Shown here piece after piece: positions 1-8,413 of a DNA stretch of 64,000 bases. The stretch's first letter is position 1, and every line of letters starts with the position of its first letter. Position numbers and translations under genes: made by a program. Under the pieces are notes generated by a model that did no database searches, was not told the DNA's origin, and saw nothing but the letters and a program-made list of their open reading frames with translations. This DNA comes from Candidatus Eiseniibacteriota bacterium. Its GTDB lineage: Bacteria; Eisenbacteria; RBG-16-71-46; CAZAMP01. Location of the stretch: contig OZ245046.1 in NCBI GenBank assembly GCA_965224245.1, positions 4,672,001 to 4,736,000 on the forward strand. Reading direction: 5' to 3'.

Positions 1-2142
1 GTGTACGCCGGCGACTTGCTGATCAAGTCGGGTGTCAACGTGCAGGCCGCGCCCGGAGCGCCCATGCCCGAAGTGGATGCGACCGGAAACGGCTACGGCG
101 TGTTCATCCCCGGCAGCGCCGGGCCGGGCACGGGGATATCGGGCTTCTACGTGCACGGAGCGACCGGAACCGGTGTCTCCATCTCGCTCGGTGCCGACGG
201 TGTCAACGTCACCGACTGCGTGATCGAGGGCAGCAACACGGGCATTCTGGTGAACAACGCCTCGGCCACGCTGGACGGCAATCGAATCACCGCTTCGTAC
301 ATCGGCCTGAACGCGACCGAGGCCGTGGACGGTGAGAGCTTCGACGTAACCGTGACCGACAACGTCATCCTAGGACCCGCGGCGAGCCAGGGAGTCGGTG
401 TCGTACTGTCGCTTCCGGAATCTACGCCGACCTTCGAGAACAACACGGTGCTCGGATGGTCCATCGGCGCCTACTTCGACGCGACCGCGTTCATGCTGGT
501 GGCGCGCAGCGTGTTCACCGGCAACGATACGGACCTGTGGTGCAATGGACAGGCGCCGGCGTTCTTTCACTGCACGTCGTTCGGCAACGGCGTCAACTGG
601 AACTGCGCCTACACGCCCATGTGGAACGACACGTTCGACCCGATGCTGTGTGACGACACCGGCAGCGTGCACGTCAACTCGCCCTGCCTTAGCTGGAACA
701 GTCCCTGGAGTGAGGACATCGGGGCGCACGTCGGCGTCGGGTGTGCCTCCGGTACGCTGGCCGCGTCGGCGACGCTCGACGACGACAACGTGGCTGCGGG
801 CACGATCGCGGTGCCGTCGGACTTCCGCGTGCCGTCGGGTCTGTCGCTGGACGTGTCAACGCAGTCGGGTCTCACGTTCGAGTTCGACGACACCGACGAG
901 GCCGACATCGCCGGTCGGCATCCGACGAAGACCGAGCTGCTCGTCGAGGGGAGCTTGACCGCGGCCGGCATCGCCGGCGCTCCGGTACGCTTCGTATCGG
1001 GCGAGACGCCAGCGGAGGGTGATTGGCACGGAATCGACGCGCGATCCGCGGCGACGTTCGAGCTGCGGCAGTCGGAGGTGCGCCACGCCACCGTCGCTGT
1101 TCGCCTCCCCAGCAACACGTCCCCCAGCCTCGTTCGGAACTGCGTGATCGGGGACAACCTCACGCAGGACGTCAGCGCCATCGGCTGGGTGTCGGCGGTG
1201 CGCGACGTCAGCTACAACACGATCGACGTCGGCGGTGGCGAGGGCGTGAAGTTCGTCGACAGCAACGTGGGCGCGCGGTGTGAGTACAACACGATCACGG
1301 TGAGCGGGAATGACGGAGTCATCGTGAATCCACGGGGCACGCACCAGAGTGACGTGCGAATACACGGCAACGTCATCGCTCTGAACGGTTCCAACAGTCG
1401 GGGAGTTCGCGTCCTGGCCGGAACGCCGTCGATCACGACGAACGTGATCGACGGAGGGAAGTTCGGCATCTACGTGTCCGGTGGCGACCCGGCGGTCGGG
1501 GATCCGTCGGATCCCACTTCCGGCAACACGGTGACGAACGCCACCGTCGCCGGCCTGTACGTCACCGGTGGCGGTACCGGGGGCACCGCGCGACACAACA
1601 CGTTCACGCAGGGTGCGAACGGCGTACGCGTAGACAACGGCGCGCTTCCGGATCTCGGAACGGCCGTGTCGCCCGGGCTAAACGACCTCTGCGGAAACTC
1701 GACGAACTGTCTCCTCAACACGACCGCGGGCTCAGTGGTCTCGGCACAGGGAAACTACACCGAGGAGTGTCCGGGCACCCTGTGCATCACCGGTGATTTC
1801 GACGTCACCGGTCAGATGTGCTGTTCGATGCCCAGCGCGCGTCTCCTCGCGGCCACGGTTCCGCTTCGACTCCGCGTGGCGGGCTCGAATCCCACCCGCT
1901 CGACGGCAACGCTACGCTTCGACATGGGCGCAACGGCACGAGCCGTTCGGGTCGAGGTGTTCGACGCGTCCGGGCGACGCGTGCGCCGGATGGCCGATGG
2001 TGTTCGATCGCCAGGAACCCACGAGATCGTGTGGGACGGCCGCAACGATCGCGGGTGGCGACTGGCGAGCGGAGTCTACTTCGTTCGGGTCGACGGCCCG
2101 GGGCTGGGTTCGGAGTCGGTGAAGGTGCTCGTGACTCGCTAA
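1..2142 (+). CDS. Right-handed parallel beta-helix repeat protein with C-terminal FlgD-Ig/T9SS-like sorting domain (5' end probably outside window)
   Basis: Repeated N-x-I/V and G-I/V beta-helix patterns; C-terminus NPTRSTATLRFD...VFDASGRRVRR...WDGRNDRGWRLASGVYFVRV...KVLVTR. ORF is open at position 1. Confidence 0.75.
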   Translation: MYAGDLLIKSGVNVQAAPGAPMPEVDATGNGYGVFIPGSAGPGTGISGFYVHGATGTGVSISLGADGVNVTDCVIEGSNTGILVNNASATLDGNRITASYIGLNATEAVDGESFDVTVTDNVILGPAASQGVGVVLSLPESTPTFENNTVLGWSIGAYFDATAFMLVARSVFTGNDTDLWCNGQAPAFFHCTSFGNGVNWNCAYTPMWNDTFDPMLCDDTGSVHVNSPCLSWNSPWSEDIGAHVGVGCASGTLAASATLDDDNVAAGTIAVPSDFRVPSGLSLDVSTQSGLTFEFDDTDEADIAGRHPTKTELLVEGSLTAAGIAGAPVRFVSGETPAEGDWHGIDARSAATFELRQSEVRHATVAVRLPSNTSPSLVRNCVIGDNLTQDVSAIGWVSAVRDVSYNTIDVGGGEGVKFVDSNVGARCEYNTITVSGNDGVIVNPRGTHQSDVRIHGNVIALNGSNSRGVRVLAGTPSITTNVIDGGKFGIYVSGGDPAVGDPSDPTSGNTVTNATVAGLYVTGGGTGGTARHNTFTQGANGVRVDNGALPDLGTAVSPGLNDLCGNSTNCLLNTTAGSVVSAQGNYTEECPGTLCITGDFDVTGQMCCSMPSARLLAATVPLRLRVAGSNPTRSTATLRFDMGATARAVRVEVFDASGRRVRRMADGVRSPGTHEIVWDGRNDRGWRLASGVYFVRVDGPGLGSESVKVLVTR

Positions 2143-2159
2143 CCCCCTGCGAGGATCCC

Positions 2160-2184
2160 GGGATCCCGGCACCACCGGGGTCCC
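2160..2184 (+). terminator. GC-rich hairpin after beta-helix gene (possible terminator, no U-tract)
   Basis: GGGATCCCGG-CACCA-CCGGGGTCCC stem with one G-U pair, about 17 nt after the stop. Confidence 0.3.
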
Positions 2185-2353
2185 AATGACCACACGATCG
2201 GTCCGACGTCGGGCGAGTGTGGTACCCGTCCGATCGGACCGATCACGATGATCCGGCTACCTCGCGGCGCAATCGGCTCGGTCGGACGGTTCACGACGCT
2301 GTCGTCTTGCGGACCCGAACGCGGGCCACTATCGTTCAGGCGCTCCACGCAAC

Positions 2354-4285
2354 ATGACCCATGAACATGGCGCGCCGATGGAATCGAACGGCATCCACAC
2401 CGATCCCGCGTTGACCGTCTCGCTGGCGCTGGCCGCCGGCCTGACCGCGCAGGCGATCGCCCACCACTTGCGCCTGCCCGGCATCGTGCTCCTTCTGGCC
2501 GCCGGCGCGCTCCTGGGACCGGACGTCGCCCACGTGATCCAGCCGAACGATCTCGGCGCCGGGCTCCAGACGCTGGTGGGCTTCGCGGTCGCCGTGATCC
2601 TGTTCGACGGCGGGCTCAATCTGAACATCCGGCAGCTCCGGCGCGAATCGGGCGCGATCCGCCGGCTGATCACGATCGGTGCGCTGGTCACCGCGATCGG
2701 TGCCGCCGTCGCGGCGCGGTACATCCTCCAGTGGGAGTGGCGCCTCTCGATCCTCTTCGGCACGCTCGTCATCGTGACCGGCCCCACCGTGATCGGCCCG
2801 CTCGTGAAGCGCATCAAGCTCAAGTCCAATCTCCAGACCGTGCTCGAGGCCGAGGGGGTCCTCATCGATCCCATCGGTGCGATCACGGCCGTGGTCGCGC
2901 TGGAGGTCGCGCTCCAGCCGACCGGAGAGTCGCTGGCGGCGGGACTCCTGACCGCCCTCGCGCGGCTGTCGTTCGGACTCATGCTCGGCCTCGTCGGCGG
3001 ATATGGACTCGTCTTCGTGCTGAAGCCGAAGCGGTTGATCCCCGAGAACCTGCGAAACGTGTTCGTGCTCGCGTTCGTGCTGGCGCTCTATCACGTCAGC
3101 AACTCGGTGCAGCACGAGAGCGGGATCGCGACGGTGACCATCGCAGGCATGGTCGTGGGCAACGTTCGAACACCGCTGGTGCGCGAGCTTCTCGAGTTCA
3201 AGGAGCAGCTGACGTCGATGCTGATCGGCATGCTGTTCGTCCTCCTGGCCGCGGACGTCCGTCTCAGCGACATCCAGGCGCTCGGTACGCCCGGGCTGTG
3301 GACCCTGGCCGCCGTGATGTTCGTGGTCCGGCCGCTGAACGTCCTCGCGAGCACGTGGGGTGCCAACATGACGGCGCGCGAGCGGACGTTCCTGTGCTGG
3401 CTCGCCCCGCGCGGGATCGTGGCCGCGGCCGTGGCCTCGCTGTTCGCGGTCACTCTCGACCAGCACGACATCGCGGGTGGGGCGTCACTGCGCGCGCTCG
3501 TGTTCCTGGTGATCGCGGGAACGGTTCTCGTGCAGGGCCTCACGGGCGGGCTGGTAGCCCGCCTGCTGGGCGTGCGCCGTCCGGCCAACGCGGGCTACAT
3601 CATCCTGGGCGCCAACGACATCAGCCGCGCGCTGGCCGGCGCGCTACGCGATGGCGAGGAGTCCGTGACGCTCGTGGACTCGAACGCGGATGCGGTCCGC
3701 TGCGCACAGGACGAGGGGTTCCGCGTGGTCTACGGCAACGGCCTCGAGGAGCGGACGCTACAGCGCGCGCGCGTCGACACGGTGGCCGGCGTCATCGCGA
3801 TGACCACGAACGAGGAGGTGAATCTCCTCTTCGCCCGGAACGCCCACTACGAGCACAAGGTCGCCAGGAGCTACGTCGCGCTCCGGCTCGACCAGGGCAC
3901 GGTGACGCCGGCGATGGTTCACGCGATCGAGGGCGAGATGCTCTTCGGCGCACAGCGCGGACTCGATCTCTGGAACGTCCGCCTCCGGCGCGGGCACGCC
4001 ACGGCCGAACGGTGGCGGCTGAACGCGCTCCCCGAGAACGCGACCGAGCTGAACGGGCCCAAGCCGACCGACGTCGCGCGGTGCGTGCTTCCACTGGTCA
4101 GATCACGCAGGGGACGGGTGACGCCGATCGGCGACTCGACGGAGCTGCGCGAGGGCGACGTGGTGACGCTCCTCGTCTACGACGAGCGGCGCGACGAGGT
4201 CGTCCCGTGGCTGACCGATCAGGGATGGGAGCCGGTGGTCGAGTCCGCCGAGCCCGAGGCGTCGGAGTCGGCAGAGTCGTCGTAG
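2354..4285 (+). CDS. Cation:proton antiporter (CPA1/NhaP-type) with C-terminal TrkA-N (RCK) domain
   Basis: About 12 hydrophobic segments, LFDGGLNL, VTGPTVI, EGVLIDPIGA, APRGIVAA; C-terminal IILGAN...VYGNGLEE RCK-like domain. Alternative start 2378. Confidence 0.9.
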   Translation: MTHEHGAPMESNGIHTDPALTVSLALAAGLTAQAIAHHLRLPGIVLLLAAGALLGPDVAHVIQPNDLGAGLQTLVGFAVAVILFDGGLNLNIRQLRRESGAIRRLITIGALVTAIGAAVAARYILQWEWRLSILFGTLVIVTGPTVIGPLVKRIKLKSNLQTVLEAEGVLIDPIGAITAVVALEVALQPTGESLAAGLLTALARLSFGLMLGLVGGYGLVFVLKPKRLIPENLRNVFVLAFVLALYHVSNSVQHESGIATVTIAGMVVGNVRTPLVRELLEFKEQLTSMLIGMLFVLLAADVRLSDIQALGTPGLWTLAAVMFVVRPLNVLASTWGANMTARERTFLCWLAPRGIVAAAVASLFAVTLDQHDIAGGASLRALVFLVIAGTVLVQGLTGGLVARLLGVRRPANAGYIILGANDISRALAGALRDGEESVTLVDSNADAVRCAQDEGFRVVYGNGLEERTLQRARVDTVAGVIAMTTNEEVNLLFARNAHYEHKVARSYVALRLDQGTVTPAMVHAIEGEMLFGAQRGLDLWNVRLRRGHATAERWRLNALPENATELNGPKPTDVARCVLPLVRSRRGRVTPIGDSTELREGDVVTLLVYDERRDEVVPWLTDQGWEPVVESAEPEASESAESS

Positions 4286-5637
4286 CCGCTCCACCGGGCC
4301 GCCACCCGCACGAGAGCACTCGTGCCCAGACCGACGTATATCGGCTCGATGCCGAGCCAATACGACCCGCCGGCGCGGCCGCCGAAGAGCCACACCGCCG
4401 CGGTCACCCCCGGTACGACGATCCACGCCATCGCCCATCGCCCCGAGACACGGAGGCGGCGGTGGAGCGCCCCCATCATCGGGAGCAGCAGCGCCGGCGT
4501 TCCGATCGACCCCAGGTCGTGCCACAGGTCGACGACGCTGTCCGACGCCAGGGCGAGACCCACCGCGAAGACGCCCGTGCCGACGAGACCCCACCGTGCC
4601 CGGGCGCTGGCCGCGTCGCTCAGCTCGTCGTCGGATCGGGACACGAGGTTGGCCAGCGTGGCGGCCGCGATGAAGCCGTTGGTGTCCACCGTCGACATCA
4701 CGACCGCGAGCATGCCGACGAAGAAGAGCGCGCCCAGCACGGGCGGCAGGATCTGATGCGCGAGCGCGGGATACGCGGCCACCGGGTCGGTCGTGGCCGG
4801 CAGGAGCGCTCGCGCGTAGAGCGCCGTCGCGGTGGACATCGCATCGAACACGATCCAGAACCCCAGCGACACGAGGATTCCGCGCCGGGCCGTGCGCGCC
4901 GACTCCGCGGCGAACACGCGCTGATAGAACGCAGGCTCGATGAGCGTGGCCAGGGCGATGAAGAACCACACCACGACGTACTGCGGTGAGTTGCCGCCGT
5001 GCCACGTCCAGTGGGTGGTGGGTACGTCGGCGTGAACCGGCATGACGCCGAACGCGGTCACCAGATAGACGATGACGGCACCGAACGACGCAAACATCAG
5101 CGCGAACTGGAGCGCGTCGGTTCTGACCACGGCCCGGAGCCCGCCGCGCATCACGTAGCCCAGCGACAGGACGGCGCCCGCCACGATGCCCAGCCACGAG
5201 GGCCAGCCGAACACGAGCCCGAAGAGCGTGCCCAGCATCAGCACGTAGCTGGCGGGTGCGGTCATCGCGAAGACGACGAGACCGGCGAGGCGTCCGGCGG
5301 TGCGGCCGTAGCTTCGATTGATCGCGTCGGGTACCGAGACGAACCCGGATCGCCTGGCTCGCGTCGCGACCCCCAGCGCGAACAGGAGCGCGGCGACGTA
5401 GTACGGCACCCCGAACACGAGCCAGCTCGAGATGCCGTAGCGGTAGCCATACTCACCGACGCCGAGAATGCCGCCATACCACGACGACACCAGCGTGGCC
5501 ACGAACGCCGGCAACGTGAGCGCGCGTCCGGCCAGGAGATAGTCGGTCGCGTTCGTCGAGGGCCGGCGGATCACGCGCAGAACGAGATACGCCAGAAACC
5601 CGACGTAAACGGCGAGCGCGATCAGGTCGGATGGCAC
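4219..5637 (-). CDS. Sodium:solute symporter (SSS) family transporter, probable thiamine or thiamine-precursor uptake
   Basis: DYLLAGR, ATLVSSWYGG, GGLRAVVRTDALQF, FYQRVFAA, MSTVDT motifs; GTG start 8 nt after the TonB receptor stop; downstream of TPP riboswitch. Confidence 0.85.
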   Translation of the reverse strand: MPSDLIALAVYVGFLAYLVLRVIRRPSTNATDYLLAGRALTLPAFVATLVSSWYGGILGVGEYGYRYGISSWLVFGVPYYVAALLFALGVATRARRSGFVSVPDAINRSYGRTAGRLAGLVVFAMTAPASYVLMLGTLFGLVFGWPSWLGIVAGAVLSLGYVMRGGLRAVVRTDALQFALMFASFGAVIVYLVTAFGVMPVHADVPTTHWTWHGGNSPQYVVVWFFIALATLIEPAFYQRVFAAESARTARRGILVSLGFWIVFDAMSTATALYARALLPATTDPVAAYPALAHQILPPVLGALFFVGMLAVVMSTVDTNGFIAAATLANLVSRSDDELSDAASARARWGLVGTGVFAVGLALASDSVVDLWHDLGSIGTPALLLPMMGALHRRLRVSGRWAMAWIVVPGVTAAVWLFGGRAGGSYWLGIEPIYVGLGTSALVRVAARWSGYDDSADSDASGSADSTTGSHP

Positions 5638-5645
5638 GTTCGCAC

Positions 5646-8033
5646 CTAGAGCCGCGTCTCGAGACCCAGGAACACGCTCCGGGTCGCACCCGGCCAGTAG
5701 AACGCCTCGGGCGCCGGCGGCGAGCCGTCGTAGTAGGCGTATCCGAACGTCTCGTGAAGGGTGTCGAACACGTTGATGACCCGGAGCTCGAGCTCGAACG
5801 GACGTCCGAGATCGAGCGCCCTTCCGAGATTCACGCCGATCGTCGTGTTCACCAGCGTGAACGCATCGATGGCCAGCGACTCCACGTTCTCGCTCTCGAC
5901 GTACTGCTTGCCCACGTGCTGCGCCTGTGCGCCGAACGTCCATGCGCCCCGGCGGACCTCGGCGTAGAGGTTCCCCAGGATCTCGGGGTTCCGCGGGACC
6001 GTGTTGCCGTCGAGTCGCAGAAGGCCGCCGGCGTAGTCGTCGAGCCAGTAGGCGAAGATCTCGTGATCGACGTAGCGATGCCGGGCGAACGTGACGTTGC
6101 CGCCGACGAGAACGTCGTCACGTGGCTCGACGCGCGCGGCGATCTCGAGGCCCTGGTGTCGCGTGCGATCGGCGTTGGCCCGGGCCAGGCGGCCCTCCTC
6201 CTGGATGCGTCCGCCGTCGATCGGGATCAGCTCACCGCGGAACTCGAGATCGTACAGCGTCACCGACGCGTTCCAGCTCTCGCGGACGACCTCGGCTCCC
6301 AGCTCGAGATCGAGGACCTTCTCGGGATCCACGATCGGGTCGTCGAGACCGGTGATCACGTCGTCGGAGACGTCGGCGTAGGCGGGCACCGCGGAGGGAT
6401 CGTCCTCGTCCATGTAGTCGCTGCTCGACGGCTCGCGCCGGGCCAGGCTCACCGATCCGAAGACTGACAGGCCGCCGTCGAGTCGGTGTCGTACACCGAG
6501 CCTCGGGCTGACGAAGTCGTGGTCGGCCGAGAACTCGTAGCCGCGGAAGTTCTTGATCGCGGTCTGGTCGACGTCGTAGCGGTGTCCCTGATACTGGATC
6601 GCGCCGGTCACGCGCGTCCGTGATCCGAGGCGCTGCGCGAGCCGCGCGTAGGCCTCGACGCTCGTCTTGGACGTATCGTAGTCGTAGTAGCGGTCGAGCG
6701 CCTCGGCGTCCACGTTCTGGTCGGTCCACACGACCTCGCCGAAGTGATCGGACTCGTAGCGGCGCAGACCCAGCCCCACGGTCAGATCGCCGCCCGCCAA
6801 TGGCAGGCGCGCCTGCGGCAGCATGCCCCAGTAGAAGTTGTCGAGCCAGCGGCGGCGGACGAGGTCGGTCGTGTCGACGGTCTCGCCGTCCACGTCGATG
6901 GGAGCGAATCCGTAGTCGAAGAACGGCTCGTCGGTCTGGTACTGCTCGTAGAACCCCTCGCCGTCCACGTAGTACGCCGTGTTCGAGAGCGAGATGCCGT
7001 CCCCGACCTCGACGTCGGTCGTGATCGAGGTGATGGTCTGCCGGAAATCGTCGACGTTGTTGTCGTACACGTCGTAGACGTTGTCTCGTCGGGCGTCGCG
7101 ATCGCTCAGCACGTCGCGCGGCAGGCCGTCCCAGGCGAACCGCGTGACCTCGCTCCCCGACAGCACGTCCACCTTGTGCGAGACCGATCCGCTCCGGTAC
7201 AGCGCCGAGAGGGCGACGCTCTCCAGGTCGGCGTCGCTCGCGCGGCGATACCCCCCGCTCCGCTGACGCGAGTACCTCGCCGAGAACGCCGCCCGGCCCT
7301 CCAGCACGGGACCGCTGGCCACGATGGCCCGGAACGCCCGCGTGGGCGACGTGATGTCGGCGTCGGTGAACGTGCCGTAGCCGGTGGCCAGGTGCACGCC
7401 GGGCTCGATCGACGTCGGGCTCGTGAGCACGTTCACGCTGCCGCCGAAGGAGCTGGCGCCGAAGAGGTTCGTCCCGACACCGCGCTGCACCTGCACCTGG
7501 CTCGCGGACGCGAGGATGTCGCCGTGATCGACCCAGTACACCTGGTGCGCCTCGGGGTCGTTCAGGGGCACCCCGTTGACGAGGATGCCGAGGCGATCCT
7601 GGTAGAAGCCTCGAATGCGGAGGTACGTGTAGCCGAAGCCGTTCCCGGCGTCCGACCACGCGTACACGGACGGCACGCTGGACAGGACCATCGGAAGATC
7701 CTGGCCGTACGAGTACCGATCGATGGCCTCGCCGTCGAGGTTGGTGACCGGGACCGCGCTGCCGGAGGCCGCGTTCGCACGCTCGATGACGATGCGGTCG
7801 ACGGTGTAGACCGAGAGGCTGTCACCCGCCGCACGCGTGGATCCGATCGTGACCGCCGTCCGGTCCCCCGGATCGTCGGGTCGGGCCTCGTTTCGATCGG
7901 CGGCCGTGGCGTCCGCGTGCGCGGCGCACGCGAGGGTGCCGGCCGCCACGACCGACAGGGCCCACGTGAGCCCGCGCCCGCGGTGGCGGTCTCGCGCGCG
8001 ACGCCGGCGGCGAGAGTGGTTGGCGTCTGACAT
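5646..8033 (-). CDS. TonB-dependent receptor, probable thiamine uptake (Omr1-like)
   Basis: Signal peptide; plug motifs GYTYLRIRGF, VNGVPLNDPE, VQVQRGVG, GGSVNV; C-terminal beta-strand RSVFLGLETRL; preceded by TPP riboswitch. Confidence 0.9.
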   Translation of the reverse strand: MSDANHSRRRRRARDRHRGRGLTWALSVVAAGTLACAAHADATAADRNEARPDDPGDRTAVTIGSTRAAGDSLSVYTVDRIVIERANAASGSAVPVTNLDGEAIDRYSYGQDLPMVLSSVPSVYAWSDAGNGFGYTYLRIRGFYQDRLGILVNGVPLNDPEAHQVYWVDHGDILASASQVQVQRGVGTNLFGASSFGGSVNVLTSPTSIEPGVHLATGYGTFTDADITSPTRAFRAIVASGPVLEGRAAFSARYSRQRSGGYRRASDADLESVALSALYRSGSVSHKVDVLSGSEVTRFAWDGLPRDVLSDRDARRDNVYDVYDNNVDDFRQTITSITTDVEVGDGISLSNTAYYVDGEGFYEQYQTDEPFFDYGFAPIDVDGETVDTTDLVRRRWLDNFYWGMLPQARLPLAGGDLTVGLGLRRYESDHFGEVVWTDQNVDAEALDRYYDYDTSKTSVEAYARLAQRLGSRTRVTGAIQYQGHRYDVDQTAIKNFRGYEFSADHDFVSPRLGVRHRLDGGLSVFGSVSLARREPSSSDYMDEDDPSAVPAYADVSDDVITGLDDPIVDPEKVLDLELGAEVVRESWNASVTLYDLEFRGELIPIDGGRIQEEGRLARANADRTRHQGLEIAARVEPRDDVLVGGNVTFARHRYVDHEIFAYWLDDYAGGLLRLDGNTVPRNPEILGNLYAEVRRGAWTFGAQAQHVGKQYVESENVESLAIDAFTLVNTTIGVNLGRALDLGRPFELELRVINVFDTLHETFGYAYYDGSPPAPEAFYWPGATRSVFLGLETRL

Positions 8034-8119
8034 GGTGCACCTCCACGGGGAGACGCAGCATCACACGAGGCAGGAAGCGGTGACGAGATACGGAGCGAAG
8101 GGCTCGCGTGGGCGATCTC

Positions 8120-8208
8120 GTGTGTTTCCCTACGCCGGTGTGAGCCGGTTCAGGTTCGAAGGGTATGCTCTCAGCCCGGCGCGTCGTCGCCGGACACCCC
8201 CAACACAC
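8120..8208 (-). promoter_or_regulatory. TPP (thi-box) riboswitch
   Basis: Minus strand reads GTGTGTTGGGGGTGTCC...GGGCTGAGAGCATACCCTTCGAACCTGAACCGGCTCACACCGGCGTAGGGAAACACAC: conserved CTGAGA, ACCTGA and GCGTAGGGAA cores with a GTGTGTT/AACACAC P1 stem. Confidence 0.95.
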
Positions 8209-8413
8209 TCCGGAAGACGTTCTTCCGAAGAGGCGAGTCAGTGTAGCCGAGCCGGTGCGCCGCGACCAGCCAATCCCGGCGCGCAGGTGACGCGGATTCG
8301 ATCGGCAGACCGCGGGCCCGCTTGCTCGAACCGGTCCGGACCTGTCACACTGTGTTCTCCAGCTCGGCCACTGCCTCGGACGTCCCTCCCCAATCGACGC
8401 GGAGGCGGACCTC

